Assembly (NCBI GenBank): GCA_963792585.1
Contig: CAWBWI010000001.1
Coordinates: forward strand, 1,248,001 to 1,312,000
Reading direction: 5' to 3'
Origin: Candidatus Eiseniibacteriota bacterium
Lineage (GTDB): Bacteria > Eisenbacteria > RBG-16-71-46 > CAIMUX01 > VGJL01
DNA length: 64,000 nt
The notes beneath the pieces were generated by a model, which was not told the DNA's origin, searched no databases, and saw nothing but the letters and a program-made list of their open reading frames with translations. Made by a program: the position numbers and the translations under genes. Shown piece by piece: positions 1 through 11,485 of this stretch (the first letter of the stretch is position 1; each line of letters starts with the position of its first letter).

Positions 1-9
1 GTGGGCGTG

Positions 10-815
<806 letters not shown>

Positions 816-817
816 GG

Positions 818-2044
818 CTAGAACTCCTGCAGGATCGACGCCGGATCGAGTCGCGTCGCGCGATAGGTAGGGTACCAGCTGCCGAGCAGTGCGATGCGCC
901 ACGGCGATCAGAAGCGACCAGACGAAGTAGATCGGAACCGGCTGGACTGCGAGTCCGGCAAGCTCCGGCCCCAGGATCAAGCGCGGAGAGCGTGCCGAGC
1001 AGGTATCCGCCCACGCCCGCCCAGGACTCCCAGGATGATCGACTTCGCGAAGAACAGGCGGTAGACGCTCCCGCGCGTCGCCCCGAGCGTGAGGAGCGTG
1101 CCGATCTCGCGCCTGCGCTCCTCCACGTTCGCCCACATGTAGTTCGCGATCGAGATCGCGCCCACCAAGCGAGATGATCACCAGCAGGATCAACGAGATC
1201 TTGGCCATCAGCCGGTTCGTCTCGATCTGGGTGTTGACGATCTGCCCGATCGTCGTGATCCGGGTGTCGGGGAGGATGTTCCGCAGCTTGCCGAGGAGTC
1301 CGTCGGAGATGGCGGAGCAGCAGCCCATGATCTCGATGGCGCTCACCTGCGGGCCGGTCCCCAGCAGATCTCTGAACGACGTGGAGGTGCGCGAAGACAC
1401 GATCGTCGTCGATCGTGCCCGTCTCCGGCAGACACACGAGCGGTCGTGAACTCCCGCCCTTCGATGGTGACCTTGACGCCATCCTTCAGGTTCAGGCGCT
1501 GCGCAGCGACGCTGCCGACGAGGACCTCGGTCGGCGCGAGCGAGTCGATCGCCTTGCGCTGGAGACGCTCGTCTACGTAGGAAGGCCCATTCTTCACTTC
1601 GGGGCTCACGCCGCAGGCGGCGGCCAGTTCGGCGCCGTCGAGTCCGGCGCTCTGCCAGATCGGTTTGGAGGCGAGTTCGTTCGCCGGCAGGATCCCGGTC
1701 AGAATGACCGGAACAGCGCCGACCTTCACCCGCCGCGTCAGCTTGGGCGAGAGGTTGTCGACGCCCGGGAGCATCGAGGTGGCGACCCGCTCGACGTACT
1801 CTTCCGGAAAGGTCGGCGCGTCGATGTCGGCCGTGTAGTAGTCGTCCACCGAAGCCGCTTGCGGAAGCACCAGGATGTTCGCGCCGAGGTTGTCGAGCTT
1901 GATCGCGACCGCCCGCTCGGAGACCGTGGCCACCGACTGGATGCCGACGATGACCGCGATCCCGACGGTGATCGCGAGCAGCCCTGAGACCATGCGCGAC
2001 TTGCGGAGCCAGAGTTCCTTCCAGAGAATCGTGCGGAGCTTCAT
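818..2044 (-). CDS. MacB/FtsX-family ABC permease, frameshifted
   Basis: [27 protein letters not shown]-terminus; [19 protein letters not shown]tsX motif; ends [10 protein letters not shown]. Pieces in ORFs 1343..2161, 324..1400, 977..1168. Confidence 0.85.
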
Positions 2045-2057
2045 CGGCCCGGCCCCC

Positions 2058-2826
2058 TCACTTCTTCGCGGGAGCGCAGGAGGCGTTCGGATTCTGGACG
2101 GTCGTCGGGACAGCAACCGCCCGCCTTCATCGTCGCTGCCTGCACCAAGGCGTTGCGACATCCGCCGCGCCGGTGTAGGTGCCGGTGACCTGCCCCTGGG
2201 CGTTGACGACGAGCGTGACGGGCTCGGTGGATGCGAGATTGACCTTCATCTGGGTCAGAAACGCCGCCTCGGCCGGGTCGTCCATGTCGATCTGGACCGT
2301 GACGCACTGTCTGCTGCATCTGCCCGCAGGCAGCGGCACAGGCTGCCGTAGCCCCGGACTGCGCCGCCATGCTCCTTCGGCTCAGCAGAAATGAAGACCG
2401 CTTTGCCCGATCTGAAGCAGCTGAAGGATCTCGGCCTTCTTCGGCGACGGGACCATGGCGACGAGCTTGTCCGCCGTCGCCTGCGCCGCCGGCAGCCCGC
2501 CGGCGATGACGCCGTTGCGCGCCGCGACGATGATGAGCGGCACCGGCGCGCCGGCCAGGCGGATACTTGGCCACAAGCTCGGCGTTCGCCGGATCCGACC
2601 TGATCGAGTTCGACCAGGGTCGGCTTTCTTCACCTGCTTCATCGCCTGCTTGATCATGTCCCTGGCCTGGTCGACACCTGTCGCCCCTTGGTCGGTGACG
2701 AGGATGAAGGCGATCTTCTCGTGCTTTGCCGCAGAATCGAGATCCTTCTGCGCCGAGGCCGCGGCGACCGATCCAAGCAACGCCAAGGAAGAGGATCGCG
2801 AGGGCAAGACTACGGACAGACATCAT
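2058..2826 (-). CDS. Exported hypothetical protein with C-terminal GGCCP motif, frameshifted
   Basis: Signal-peptide-like start MMSVRSLALAILF; continuous coding signal over ORFs 2382..2807 and 2127..2339; reconstructed end GGCCP..QNPNASCAPAKK*. Confidence 0.6.
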
Positions 2827-2918
2827 GACCCCCTGTTGTTCGTGTCCCTGTGCGCTGTCGATGGCGAATCTATCTCCGCGATCCGTGGCAGATCGTTCGA
2901 TGAAGTGTCCCGGCGCGC

Positions 2919-3320
2919 TCACTTCCTGCTCCCGCAGGAAAGCCGGTTTCCGCGTGGGCTGCAGGCGTGATCGCCGGCGCTCGCCACTGGGGGCATCATG
3001 GGGCAGCATCCGCCCGAGGCCTTGATCTTGGCCGCACGTTGCCGGTCGGCGGCCAGCCCGGGCACGTCTGTGAAGCACTGCCCGAGACACTCGAGGAGTT
3101 TCTCGTGGAAGACCGTCTCCGCCGGACGAAGGCGGTAGAAGCACCAGAGCCCCTGCTTGCGAACCTCGACGAGTCCCGCCCGGCGCAGGTAGTTGAGGTG
3201 ATGCGATGCCTTGGCCTGCGGCACTCTCAGGATCGTGATGAGGTCGCTGACGCAGAGTTCGCCGTCCTGAAGGAGGTGGAGGATACGGAGGCGGGTCCGG
3301 TCCGCGAAGGCCCGGAACAT
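2919..3320 (-). CDS. ArsR/SmtB-family transcriptional repressor
   Basis: FRAFADRTRLRILHLL..ELCVSDL...SHHLNYLRRAGLV..RKQGLWCFYRL; C-terminal GGCC. True start may be slightly upstream. Confidence 0.92.
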   Translation of the reverse strand: MFRAFADRTRLRILHLLQDGELCVSDLITILRVPQAKASHHLNYLRRAGLVEVRKQGLWCFYRLRPAETVFHEKLLECLGQCFTDVPGLAADRQRAAKIKASGGCCPMMPPVASAGDHACSPRGNRLSCGSRK

Positions 3321-3370
3321 CTTGTCGACCTGGTTGATCGTCTTCCCGCGATTGGCGACCTTCGTTTCTC

Positions 3371-3396
3371 ACTATACTCATCTGTGTAAGTATAGT
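3371..3396. promoter_or_regulatory. Candidate ArsR operator (12-2-12-like inverted repeat)
   Basis: ACTATACT-N10-AGTATAGT, an AT-rich palindrome immediately upstream of the second arsR. Confidence 0.6.
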
Positions 3397-3533
3397 TTTG
3401 GAGCCGCCGGCGACAAGGAGAATCTCTCCTATGACAAGCACCGGAGGCCTTCGCGTCGCGGCCGGACGAGGCCCCGGGAGCGTCCGATCGGTCCCCTTGC
3501 ACCGGGCTCCCTCCCGCGATGCTCCCGCCTCCT

Positions 3534-4229
3534 CTAGAGGTTCACCCCGAAGATGTGGGTGACCGTGAGGTAGAGGCCGGCGAGCACGAAGATCGCGCCG
3601 GTGATCGGCCTAGCCGCCCGCTCGATCTTCGTGAGGGCGTTGAACGCTCGGCCGATCCCCTGCGCGCCGAGGACCAGGAGGACCGCGAAGACCACGACAG
3701 GCAGGCCGGTGCCGATTCCATAGACGGCAGGCAAGAGAACGCGCGAGTGAGCATTCACGGCGAGCGGGATCAGCGCGCCGAAGAAGAGCCCGGCCGAAAC
3801 GGGACAGAACGAGAGCGCGAAGAGCACCCCGAGCAGACCCGGCACCGGCCACTCCGGACCGGGCCGCCCGTTCGCGGATCCTCTGGCCGACATTCCAGGA
3901 CGGCAGACGTAGCCGGAGCAATCCCATGATTCCGACGCCGATGAGGATGAGGAGCGGCCCGAGGATCTGGTTCATCTGCTTCTGCAGGAAGAACGACACG
4001 CTGGGAAGCGAGAGCACGCTCGAGACGACGAGCACGCCCACGAGCACGTAGGTGAGCGCGCGGCCGAGCGAGTAGAGAAGTCCCGCGAGCAAGCACCCGG
4101 CGCGGGCTGCCGACGCTGCGGCCGACGAATGAGATCGCGGCCACGTTCGCGGCGAGCGGGCACGGGCTGATCGAGGTGAGGATCCCGAGCCAGAGGGCCG
4201 TGCCGAGTGCCGACGAGGAATGCGGTCAT
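3534..4229 (-). CDS. ArsG-like / DsbD(CcdA)-type membrane protein, frameshifted
   Basis: WLGILTSISPCPLA.NVAAISF and LFALSFCPVSAGLFFG motifs, multiple TM helices; ATG 4229 overlaps upstream stop. Confidence 0.8.
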
Positions 4230-4765
4230 GACTGCTTGCCGCGACAGGTACGCGCGCGTCTCCTCCTGGATGTAGCGGACGAATCGCTCCTTGTCGCCGA
4301 CGAGCTCCCAGACCTTTGGCAGGTTCTTCCATGCCACCTGTTTTCCTGTTCGCTCATCGACGATGACGACGGACTTCGTGAAGAGCTTGTACTCCTTCAC
4401 GAAGTGCTCGTTGCCCTTCTCATCGACGTTCACGGCCTGGAAGACGAGCCGGCCGTCCTTCAGCTCCTCCGGGAATCCGGCCGTGATCGCCTCGGCCGTG
4501 TACGCCTCGATCTTCCGGCACGTGGCGCATCGCTGGGTGGTGTGGAAGTAGTAGGCGAGCACCCGGTGCGGTCAGGCCGTCGTGTCGACGACCGCCTCGG
4601 CGGTTTCGGCCGGAGTTGCCGGCGCCGGCGGCTGTGCCTGGGCGTTCCCGACGGGACCGCGCCGCTTCCGGCCGCGATCCCGAGCAGACGCCAGAACGAG
4701 GAGACTGCGGCGAGCGGCCGTGCGGCTCGCTGCGACTCCGGTTCGGAGGGAAGTCGGCGCTTCAT
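4226..4765 (-). CDS. ArsF-like thioredoxin-fold exported protein, frameshifted
   Basis: YYFHTTQRCATCRKIE...VNVDEKGNEHFVKEYKLFTKSVV...WKNLPKVWELV motif of the ArsF-like family. Confidence 0.8.
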
Positions 4766-4997
4766 GCGAGCATCTCCTTCAGCTGCGCGACGGTCGGGAC
4801 GCGACCGCTCATCTTGATCGTGCCGTCGACAATCAGGGCCGGGGTCGAGAGGACCCCGAAGCCGATGATGGCGTTCGATGTCGGTGACCTTCGTCGATCT
4901 CGCACTCGAGGCCGATCTCCTGCGCGGCCTGCTTCGTGCGTTCGTACAGGACCTGGCATTTCTGACAACCGGGACCGAGAACCAGGACGTCGGACAT
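4762..4997 (-). CDS. Small redox-active disulfide protein (MTH895/thioredoxin_3 family), frameshifted
   Basis: VLGPGCQKC...GVLSTPALIVDG..KMSGRVP, joined from ORFs 4833..5024 and 4762..4968. Confidence 0.88.
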
Positions 4998-5051
4998 GGA
5001 GGTAGCTCTCCTTTCATGAACCATGGCAGCCGGTCTGCCGCGGTCGCTCCC

Positions 5052-6527
5052 CTAAGTTGTGACGTGAATCGCCGCGGCGGTGCGGCGGCGATTGCGACGT
5101 TCCACGAACACCAATGTCAGGGCCAAGAGGCCCAGGAAGGCGATGAGGTAGATCGTGAGGGTCGCAACCCCCGCGCCGTCCGCCCATGCGCCGTAAATAA
5201 GCCCCGCGAGGGTGCTGAAGACCGCCACCCATGCGACGTAGGTCCAGGTCTTCGCCCGTCCGATGATCGCGGAGATGATCAGAATGCTCTGGAGGCTCAG
5301 TTCCGGATCGGCCATCAAGTAGGCGAGAAGCGGACCGCGGTGCATGCCGAGCGATAGGAACATCTTCGCGATCGGCACCTCCACCAGCGTCGGGAAGTAC
5401 ATGAAGACTCCAAACACCACCCCGGCCATGTTACCGAGCAGCGTGTTGCTGCCGGCCAGCGACTCGATCCACTCAGGGCGGATGAGCTGCCTGGCGATGC
5501 CGACGACGAAGACCCCGATGACGAGCAACGGGAAGATCTTCCGCACGAAGCTGTACGATTCGGCTAGCCAGACGCGGGTATCTTCGGCGCCCAGGCGCCG
5601 GCGCGAGAGTCCCGCGACCCCCGCAATCCCCAGGGCTACCCCGACAAAGCGGCCCGTGACGCCGACGGCGAGCCCCTCCGGCCGCGGGGTGATCCGCAGC
5701 GCGGCGATCAGCAGGGTCGCGACGATGAGGGCGAGCGCGGCTTTCGCCCATCTGTTCCATCCTTCATCGATGCGCGCAAGCCCTCGCCAGGCGGTCACCG
5801 CGATGAGCGCGAGCAGCGCGATCAGGGTTGCACCCTGTACGCTCACCCCTTCCTCGCCGCGGGCGGCATCGAAGGGCACGAGCCGGAGGAGCGTTTCCTG
5901 CAGTTGAGCGGCGCCGGAGATGGGAAGCGTCAGCTCCGTATACACGTTGGAGAGGAAGCCCAGCTTCAGCGTCCCGAGCAGCAGCAACGCGACGAGGGCG
6001 GCGAGGAAGAGTAGCGGCGTTCGGGCCGTCTCGGGGACACCCGCGAACATCGCATCCGTTTCGCGATCGTGCGCGGCATCGGCGTGACGGAAGGTCAGCG
6101 CCATGATCATCCCGATCCCGATACCGAAGGCCAGGGAGAGGACCAGGCGGGCGATCGCCAGGTCGGCCCCGATGACCCCACCGGTGTAGATGAGGGCGAG
6201 GATGTTCGCGGCCGGCGCGAAGAAGAGAAACGTGATCGCGGGCCCCAGCCCGGCCCCCTTCTTGTAGATGCCCGCGAAGATCGGGACGATCGTGCAGGAG
6301 CAGACCGCCAGGACCGATCCGGCGAGGGCGGCGGCAGGATAGGATACGGCGCGCGGGCTGTTGCGTCCGAGGAGTCGCGTGATCGTCGCTTTGGGAACGA
6401 GCGCGGTCATTGCCCCCGCGATGAAGAAGGCGGGGACGAGACAAAGCAGGACGTGCGCCGCGAGGTAGGCGGCGAGATTCCCGAGTCCCCCCTGCAGCAG
6501 CTTGAGGATGAGCCCCCCGACATCCAC
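5052..6527 (-). CDS. ArsP-like (DUF318) permease
   Basis: HVLLCLVPAFFIAGA, LAVCSCT.VPIF.GIYKKGAGLGPA, FMYFPTLVEVPI motifs; polytopic membrane protein. Confidence 0.88.
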   Translation of the reverse strand: MDVGGLILKLLQGGLGNLAAYLAAHVLLCLVPAFFIAGAMTALVPKATITRLLGRNSPRAVSYPAAALAGSVLAVCSCTIVPIFAGIYKKGAGLGPAITFLFFAPAANILALIYTGGVIGADLAIARLVLSLAFGIGIGMIMALTFRHADAAHDRETDAMFAGVPETARTPLLFLAALVALLLLGTLKLGFLSNVYTELTLPISGAAQLQETLLRLVPFDAARGEEGVSVQGATLIALLALIAVTAWRGLARIDEGWNRWAKAALALIVATLLIAALRITPRPEGLAVGVTGRFVGVALGIAGVAGLSRRRLGAEDTRVWLAESYSFVRKIFPLLVIGVFVVGIARQLIRPEWIESLAGSNTLLGNMAGVVFGVFMYFPTLVEVPIAKMFLSLGMHRGPLLAYLMADPELSLQSILIISAIIGRAKTWTYVAWVAVFSTLAGLIYGAWADGAGVATLTIYLIAFLGLLALTLVFVERRNRRRTAAAIHVTT

Positions 6528-6569
6528 CTATCTCCCCTCCCTCAGGCCCCCGACAGAGGCCTCGCATGC

Positions 6570-6604
6570 ATGGCGACTTGGCCATACCAGCAACCCATTG
6601 TCAA
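6570..6604 (-). promoter_or_regulatory. Internal promoter/operator upstream of the permease
   Basis: ATGGC-N6-GCCAT palindrome (6570-6585) and TTGACA on the minus strand (6604-6599); -10 element weak. Confidence 0.5.
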
Positions 6605-6620
6605 ATAAAGAGGTCGCCTG

Positions 6621-6926
6621 TTATCGCGACTCTTTCAACACCTGCGTCGCACAGGAAAAGAAGTTCGTTACGCAGGGCGTGAGCAGACGGTAGATCACCA
6701 CGCTTCCCTCTCGGCGGTCCTCGACGATGCCATGCGCCCTCAGGACGGCGAGATGCTTCGAAACCGTCGTCTGGTCGGAGCCGATCAGCCGGGTTAGATC
6801 GCCCGCGCTGCACTCCCCACGACTCAGGCGATCGACGATCATCAGCCGCGACTCGTTCGCCAAGGCCTTCAGCACTCGGGCCTGACTTCGGAACACCTCT
6901 CTACCTTTCTCTTTCGGCAAACTCAT
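6621..6926 (-). CDS. ArsR/SmtB-family transcriptional repressor
   Basis: LKALANESRLMIVDRL..GECSAGDL...TVSKHLAVLRAHGIV..RREG..VIYRL.TPCV..FFSC. Confidence 0.92.
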   Translation of the reverse strand: MSLPKEKGREVFRSQARVLKALANESRLMIVDRLSRGECSAGDLTRLIGSDQTTVSKHLAVLRAHGIVEDRREGSVVIYRLLTPCVTNFFSCATQVLKESR

Positions 6927-6932
6927 GCGCCT

Positions 6933-6961
6933 ACTTTATGGCCATGTTGCCATGCTGTCAA
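6933..6961 (-). promoter_or_regulatory. Sigma-70 promoter with ArsR operator in the spacer
   Basis: Minus strand TTGACA-N17-TAAAGT; ATGGC-N6-GCCAT (6938-6953) lies between the boxes; the ATG begins 7 nt after the -10 box. Confidence 0.7.
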
Positions 6962-7030
6962 GAGCAACAATTGGGTGTTCACCCGCGTCGAGGCGATTGG
7001 CGCGGTGGCTCGTCTCAAGCGGGAGATCGA

Positions 7031-7789
7031 CTACTTCAGCCTCCCGACGAGGCGGAGCAGACCGTCGAGAATCGTCAGAGGATGGGGCGGACAGCCCGGA
7101 ACGAACAGGTCGACGGGGACAACGGAGGCGGCGCCGTTGTGCTGCTCGGGGTGGTCGATGTAGGGCCCGCCGCTGATGGCGCAGGCTCCGACCGCGATCA
7201 CGATCTTCGGGTCCGGAACGGCGTCGTAGGTCTTCTTCAACGCAGTGCGCATGTTCTCCGTCACGGGACCCGTGATCAGCAGCCCGTCGGCGTGGCGCGG
7301 CGAGGCGACATACTGGATTCCGAACCGGCCGACGTCCCAGCCGATCGTCGTGAGCACGTTGGTGTCGGCCTCGCAGGCGTTGCACCCGCCCGCGCTCACC
7401 ACCCGCAACTTCAGGGAACGACCCAGGAGCCGTTGCAGACGACCGCCGAGCGCCGCAGCCAGACGCAGTTCGTCCCGGCCGACCCACAGATCCTCGCGCT
7501 TGCTCACCGCGAGCCGATGATCGCCCGTGTAGGCGATCGCGCCTTCCGGGCAGGCGGTTTCGCACTCCGTGCAGAACAGGCACTTTCCGAGATCGATCGT
7601 CACGCGTCCGGTCAGCCCGATGGCGCCCGTGGGACAGACCGCCGCGCACTCCGCGCACCCTTCCCGGCACACGGCTTCACGGATCCTCGGCAGCCCGCGG
7701 TATCGATCGGGCAACGCGGGGGCCGGCCCCTTCGGATACGGGGTCGTGCGATACCCCTGCCGCAGCCTTGCGAGAATGAGCTTGATCAT
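7031..7789 (-). CDS. hyfI: Ehr/hydrogenase-4-like small subunit (NuoB/HyfI-like) fused to an N-terminal 2x[4Fe-4S] ferredoxin domain
   Basis: CREGCAECAAVCP and CLFCTECETACP, then SAGGCNAC, SPRHADGLLITGPV, GACAISGG, VPGCPPHP. Confidence 0.88.
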   Translation of the reverse strand: MIKLILARLRQGYRTTPYPKGPAPALPDRYRGLPRIREAVCREGCAECAAVCPTGAIGLTGRVTIDLGKCLFCTECETACPEGAIAYTGDHRLAVSKREDLWVGRDELRLAAALGGRLQRLLGRSLKLRVVSAGGCNACEADTNVLTTIGWDVGRFGIQYVASPRHADGLLITGPVTENMRTALKKTYDAVPDPKIVIAVGACAISGGPYIDHPEQHNGAASVVPVDLFVPGCPPHPLTILDGLLRLVGRLK

Positions 7790-9291
7790 AGGTCGTGCCC
7801 GCAATACGAGAGGTTGAAGCTCTTGTTGCAGAGGGGGAAGTCCGAGATCGGCTGCCCCCGCATCGCGTACGCCAAGCCGAACCAGTTGTGGAATGACGGA
7901 TCGACGATCTTGTACGAGGCGAACCGCCCCTCACCGTTGGTGATCGCCACATGGCAGATCTCGCCACGCCACCCCTCGACCAGCGAGACCGCGAGCCTGT
8001 CCGGCGCGAGCGCCGGGATGCGTTCGGCCCGCGCATCGTCCCGACGGCAGCGCATCGAGTTGCTCGTGGACGAAGGAAAATGCGCGTTGGATCTCGATCG
8101 AGCGGATGTGCGCCCGTCCGAATACGTCCCCCGTCTTCCAGGTGCAGGATGGGATGTGCGCGTACCTGTAGATACCGAAGGGATGATCCTTGCGGACGTC
8201 ACGATCGATCCCGCACGCCCTGGCCGCGGGACCGACCAGCCCGATTTCTTCGCAGACTTCCTTTGAAACGAGTCCGGTTCCCTCGAAGCGAGCCATCACC
8301 GATGGGCTGTCCCAGAGCAGCGCATCCGCGATCGCCGTGTCCTTCGCGGCCGCTTCCAGGCGCGGCGCCATCTGACGGAGAAGGTCCACGTTCAAATCGA
8401 ACGCCACGCCTCCCGGACGAAGCAGGGAGCGGCCGAAACGACTCCCGCAGGCGGTCGCGGTCAGGTTCAGGACATCCCCTCGGATCCGCCCGCAGTAGGA
8501 GGCGGTCGGCAGATAGCCGACGTCCCCGGACAGCGCCCCCAGATCACCGATGTGATTCGCGATCCGCTCGAGTTCCAGGGCGACTCCGCGAATCGCCATC
8601 CCTCGGGGCGGCACGTTGACTCCGGCGATCGCCTCGACCGCCTGGCAATAGGCGTGCGCGTGTCCGACCGTTGTGTCGCCGGCCAGGGTTTCGATGTAGG
8701 GAATCGTCCGCTTGTCGGGCCCGCCCCGGAGCGCACGCTCCACGCCGCGGTGCTGGTACCCCAGGGAGATCTCGAGGTGGAGCACTTCCTCCCCGTAGCA
8801 CTGAAAGCGGAAGTGGCCGGGCTCGATCACCCCGGCATGGACCGGACCGACGGCGACCTCATGGACTTCCTCGCCCTCGACCTTGAAGTAATCCATCACA
8901 CCGCACGGAGTCTGGCCTTTGGACTTCCCCGCCGGGGGCTGAAACCGAATCGGCTTGAGCCACGGGTGTCCGCGCGGCTCGATCCCCCATTGCTCCGCCA
9001 GCTCGCGCTCGAACCAATGCGCCTGGGGGCAGTCCGGGGTGAGAGCGTCGAACCCTTCCGTGACGTCCGTCGCGCAGACGGCGAGATCTCCGGTCGTCGT
9101 CGTTTGCGATGACCGCGAACATCCGCACGCCCGTGGGCGCCGTGCGGCACGGCGAAGAGCGCGGAGATCCTCCCCCCGCGGATCGTCGCCTCGATGACGG
9201 CGCTCCGGAACGCGCCAGGGCCTAGAACCGGGACATCGGCCATCCCGATCGACTCGGCGTTGCCCAGCATGGCGAAGAGATCACGCGGCAT
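7786..9291 (-). CDS. hyfG: Ehr/hydrogenase-4-like large subunit (NuoC+NuoD-like; no NiFe cysteine motifs), frameshifted
   Basis: VGPVHAGVIEPGHFRF, LGYQHRGVE, LELERIANH, VEGWRGEI, DPSFHNW, DFPLCNKSFNLSYCGHDL across ORFs 8896..9291, 7931..8899, 7786..8202. Confidence 0.88.
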
Positions 9292-10778
9292 CAGAACAGC
9301 CTCATGCCGGCGATCGCCTGGTCGATCGCGGTCCGGAGAGCCCCGGGGACGTAGAGGCCGAGCACGAGGACGGCGAGACCCAACACCGCCGGAGGAACGA
9401 TCGCCGAGAATCGTTCCCGCGCAGGCGTGTCTTCTCGTGAGGCTACTGACCCCGTGCCGTGAGCCATCCGGAGAAAGACCATCGCCATTCCGACAAAGAC
9501 GGTCAGAAGGAGCGCAAGGTAGGCCGCGGCGATGATGAAGCGGCGTGCGTCAAGGGTACCCTTGAGGATCGTCAGCTCGCTCACGAAAAGGCCGAAAGGA
9601 GGCGATCCGGTGATGGCGAAGAACCCCGCCAGCCAAAGGGCGCCCGAGACGGGCAGCACGCGGAGCACACCGGTGACCTGGCTCGGCGGTCTTCGTCCGG
9701 TAGGCTCCGAGGATGTTCCCCGCCAAGCAGGAACAGCATCGCTTTCGTCAGGGAATGGTTCACGACGTGCAGGAGCGCGCCGAATGCGGCGATTCCCCCC
9801 ACGCCCACGCCAAGCATCGCAATCCCCATGTGCTCGACGCTCGAGTAGGCCAGCATCCGTCTTGTAGTCGGACTGCCCGACGATGAAGACCGCGGCGACC
9901 GCCATCGACACGACCCCGAAGAGGACGAACAGCCCCTTGCTGAACTCGGCCAGACCCGCCGCCACGCATACGCCGTGCATGCGGAGGATCGCGAGGAAGG
10001 CGCAGTTCAGGAGCGCGCCGGAGAGCAGCGCCGAGACCACCGATGGCGCCTCGCTGTGCGCGTCGGGCAGCCAGGTGTGAAGCGGCGCCAGTCCCATCTT
10101 GGTCCCGTAGCCGACCAGCAGGAGGAGGAAGGCCGCCTTGAGCCATCTTCGGGTCGAGCTCCGTGGCATGGGCCATCAACTCGGGAATCCGTCATCGAGG
10201 AGATCCGCTCGCCGGCCGGATCTGCGGCGACGACCAGGAAGAAGTTCCCGAGCAGGGCGATGGCGATACCGACGGAGCAGATGACGAGGTACTTCCACGC
10301 CGCCTCCAGCGAGCGGTGATGGCGGTGGAAGTGGATGAGCGGCGCGCTCGCCAGCGTCGTTCCCTCGACTGCGACCCACATCAATCCGACGTGTTGCGCC
10401 GACGATCGACGAGGGTCATCGAGGCGAGGAAGAGCAGGAGACAGCCGATGAAGGTGGCCTCCGGGGCGTTGGGGAAGAGGAATCCCTCCTCGATGTCGGC
10501 GCGCCTTCCCTGACCCTCCCGATTGAGGTAGCCGATGGCGTAGACGGCGATCGCCAGGAACAGCGCGCTCGTGGTGCCCAGGAAGAGCATCTCGGCCGCG
10601 TCGCAGCGCCACCCATCCGCCGAGCTGCGATAGCGGCCGCATGGCCCACGCGACTGCGGTCAATCCTGCGTGCACGATCGCCGCCGCACAGCAGGAGAGC
10701 ATGACGAAGCCGATTGCCGCGCATGAAGAACGCGCCCGCGCCCGCGATGAGCGGCAGCAGAATGAGCGCCAGAATCAT
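9291..10778 (-). CDS. hyfF: Antiporter-like membrane subunit (HyfF-like), frameshifted
   Basis: WVAVEGTTLASAPL, EAAWKYLVICSVGI, GYGTKMGLAPLHTWLPDAHSEAP, LAYSSVEHMG, PPFGLFVSE. Confidence 0.85.
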
Positions 10779-10803
10779 CCGATCCGGCGCTTTCCTGAGT
10801 CGT

Positions 10804-11449
10804 TCATCCTCTCAGCTCCGACAGTCGATCCGTGTCGATGTGATCGAACTCCCGATTGATGTGGTAGATCATGATCCCCATGACGAAGACGGCCACGAAG
10901 ACGTCCAGCAGGATTCCCATCTCGACGAGGAGCGGCTCCTTCTCCGCAAAGGCAAGACCGAAGGTGTAGATCCCGTTCTCCATCGCGAGATAGCCGAGCA
11001 CCTGCGTGATCGCCATCCGCCGCGCGACGATCATGAAGAGGCCGACCATGATCGTGAACAGCGAGACAGCGATCATGAACTGAGAACCGGCCGGGACCGG
11101 GAGCGGCAGCCGCCACCCCAGCCAGAGCGCAACGCCGAGAAGCGCGCCGCCCACGAGGAGCGACGGCGTGTAGCCGACGATCGGATCGATCTCGCGCCGC
11201 ACGTCCGCTCCACGCACGGCCCGCGTCGAGAAGCCACGGGAAGACGACCCCCTTCGTGATCATGCTGGCGGTGGCCTGGAGGGCGACGCGGAGGGTGAGG
11301 TCGCCCGCGTGAAAGAAGATCGGGAGCAGCCCGAGGATGATCCCCTGGACCGCAACGATCCGGATGCAGGCCGCCAGGCGGCTCGTTCCCAGCAGACGCA
11401 GGTTGCTCAGGACGACCAAGGCGATCGCGGCGTCGATCCAGTCTGTCAT
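10804..11449 (-). CDS. hyfE: HyfE-like membrane subunit, frameshifted
   Basis: QVLGYLAMENGI...VEMGILLDVFVAVFVMG...INREFDHIDT; joined from ORFs 10775..11449 and 10804..11217. Confidence 0.85.
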
Positions 11450-11485
11450 CGATTCCCTTCCGTTCCTCTTCGTCCTATCGCCGAC

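Noticed and set aside
6910..6923. 14-bp match CTCTTTCGGCAAAC also found near 20741
   Set aside because: One copy is coding; no flanking similarity; plausible by chance.
7031..9291. True [NiFe]-hydrogenase or formate hydrogenlyase
   Set aside because: Both Ni-binding CxxC motifs are absent, and there are no maturation or fdh genes in the window.
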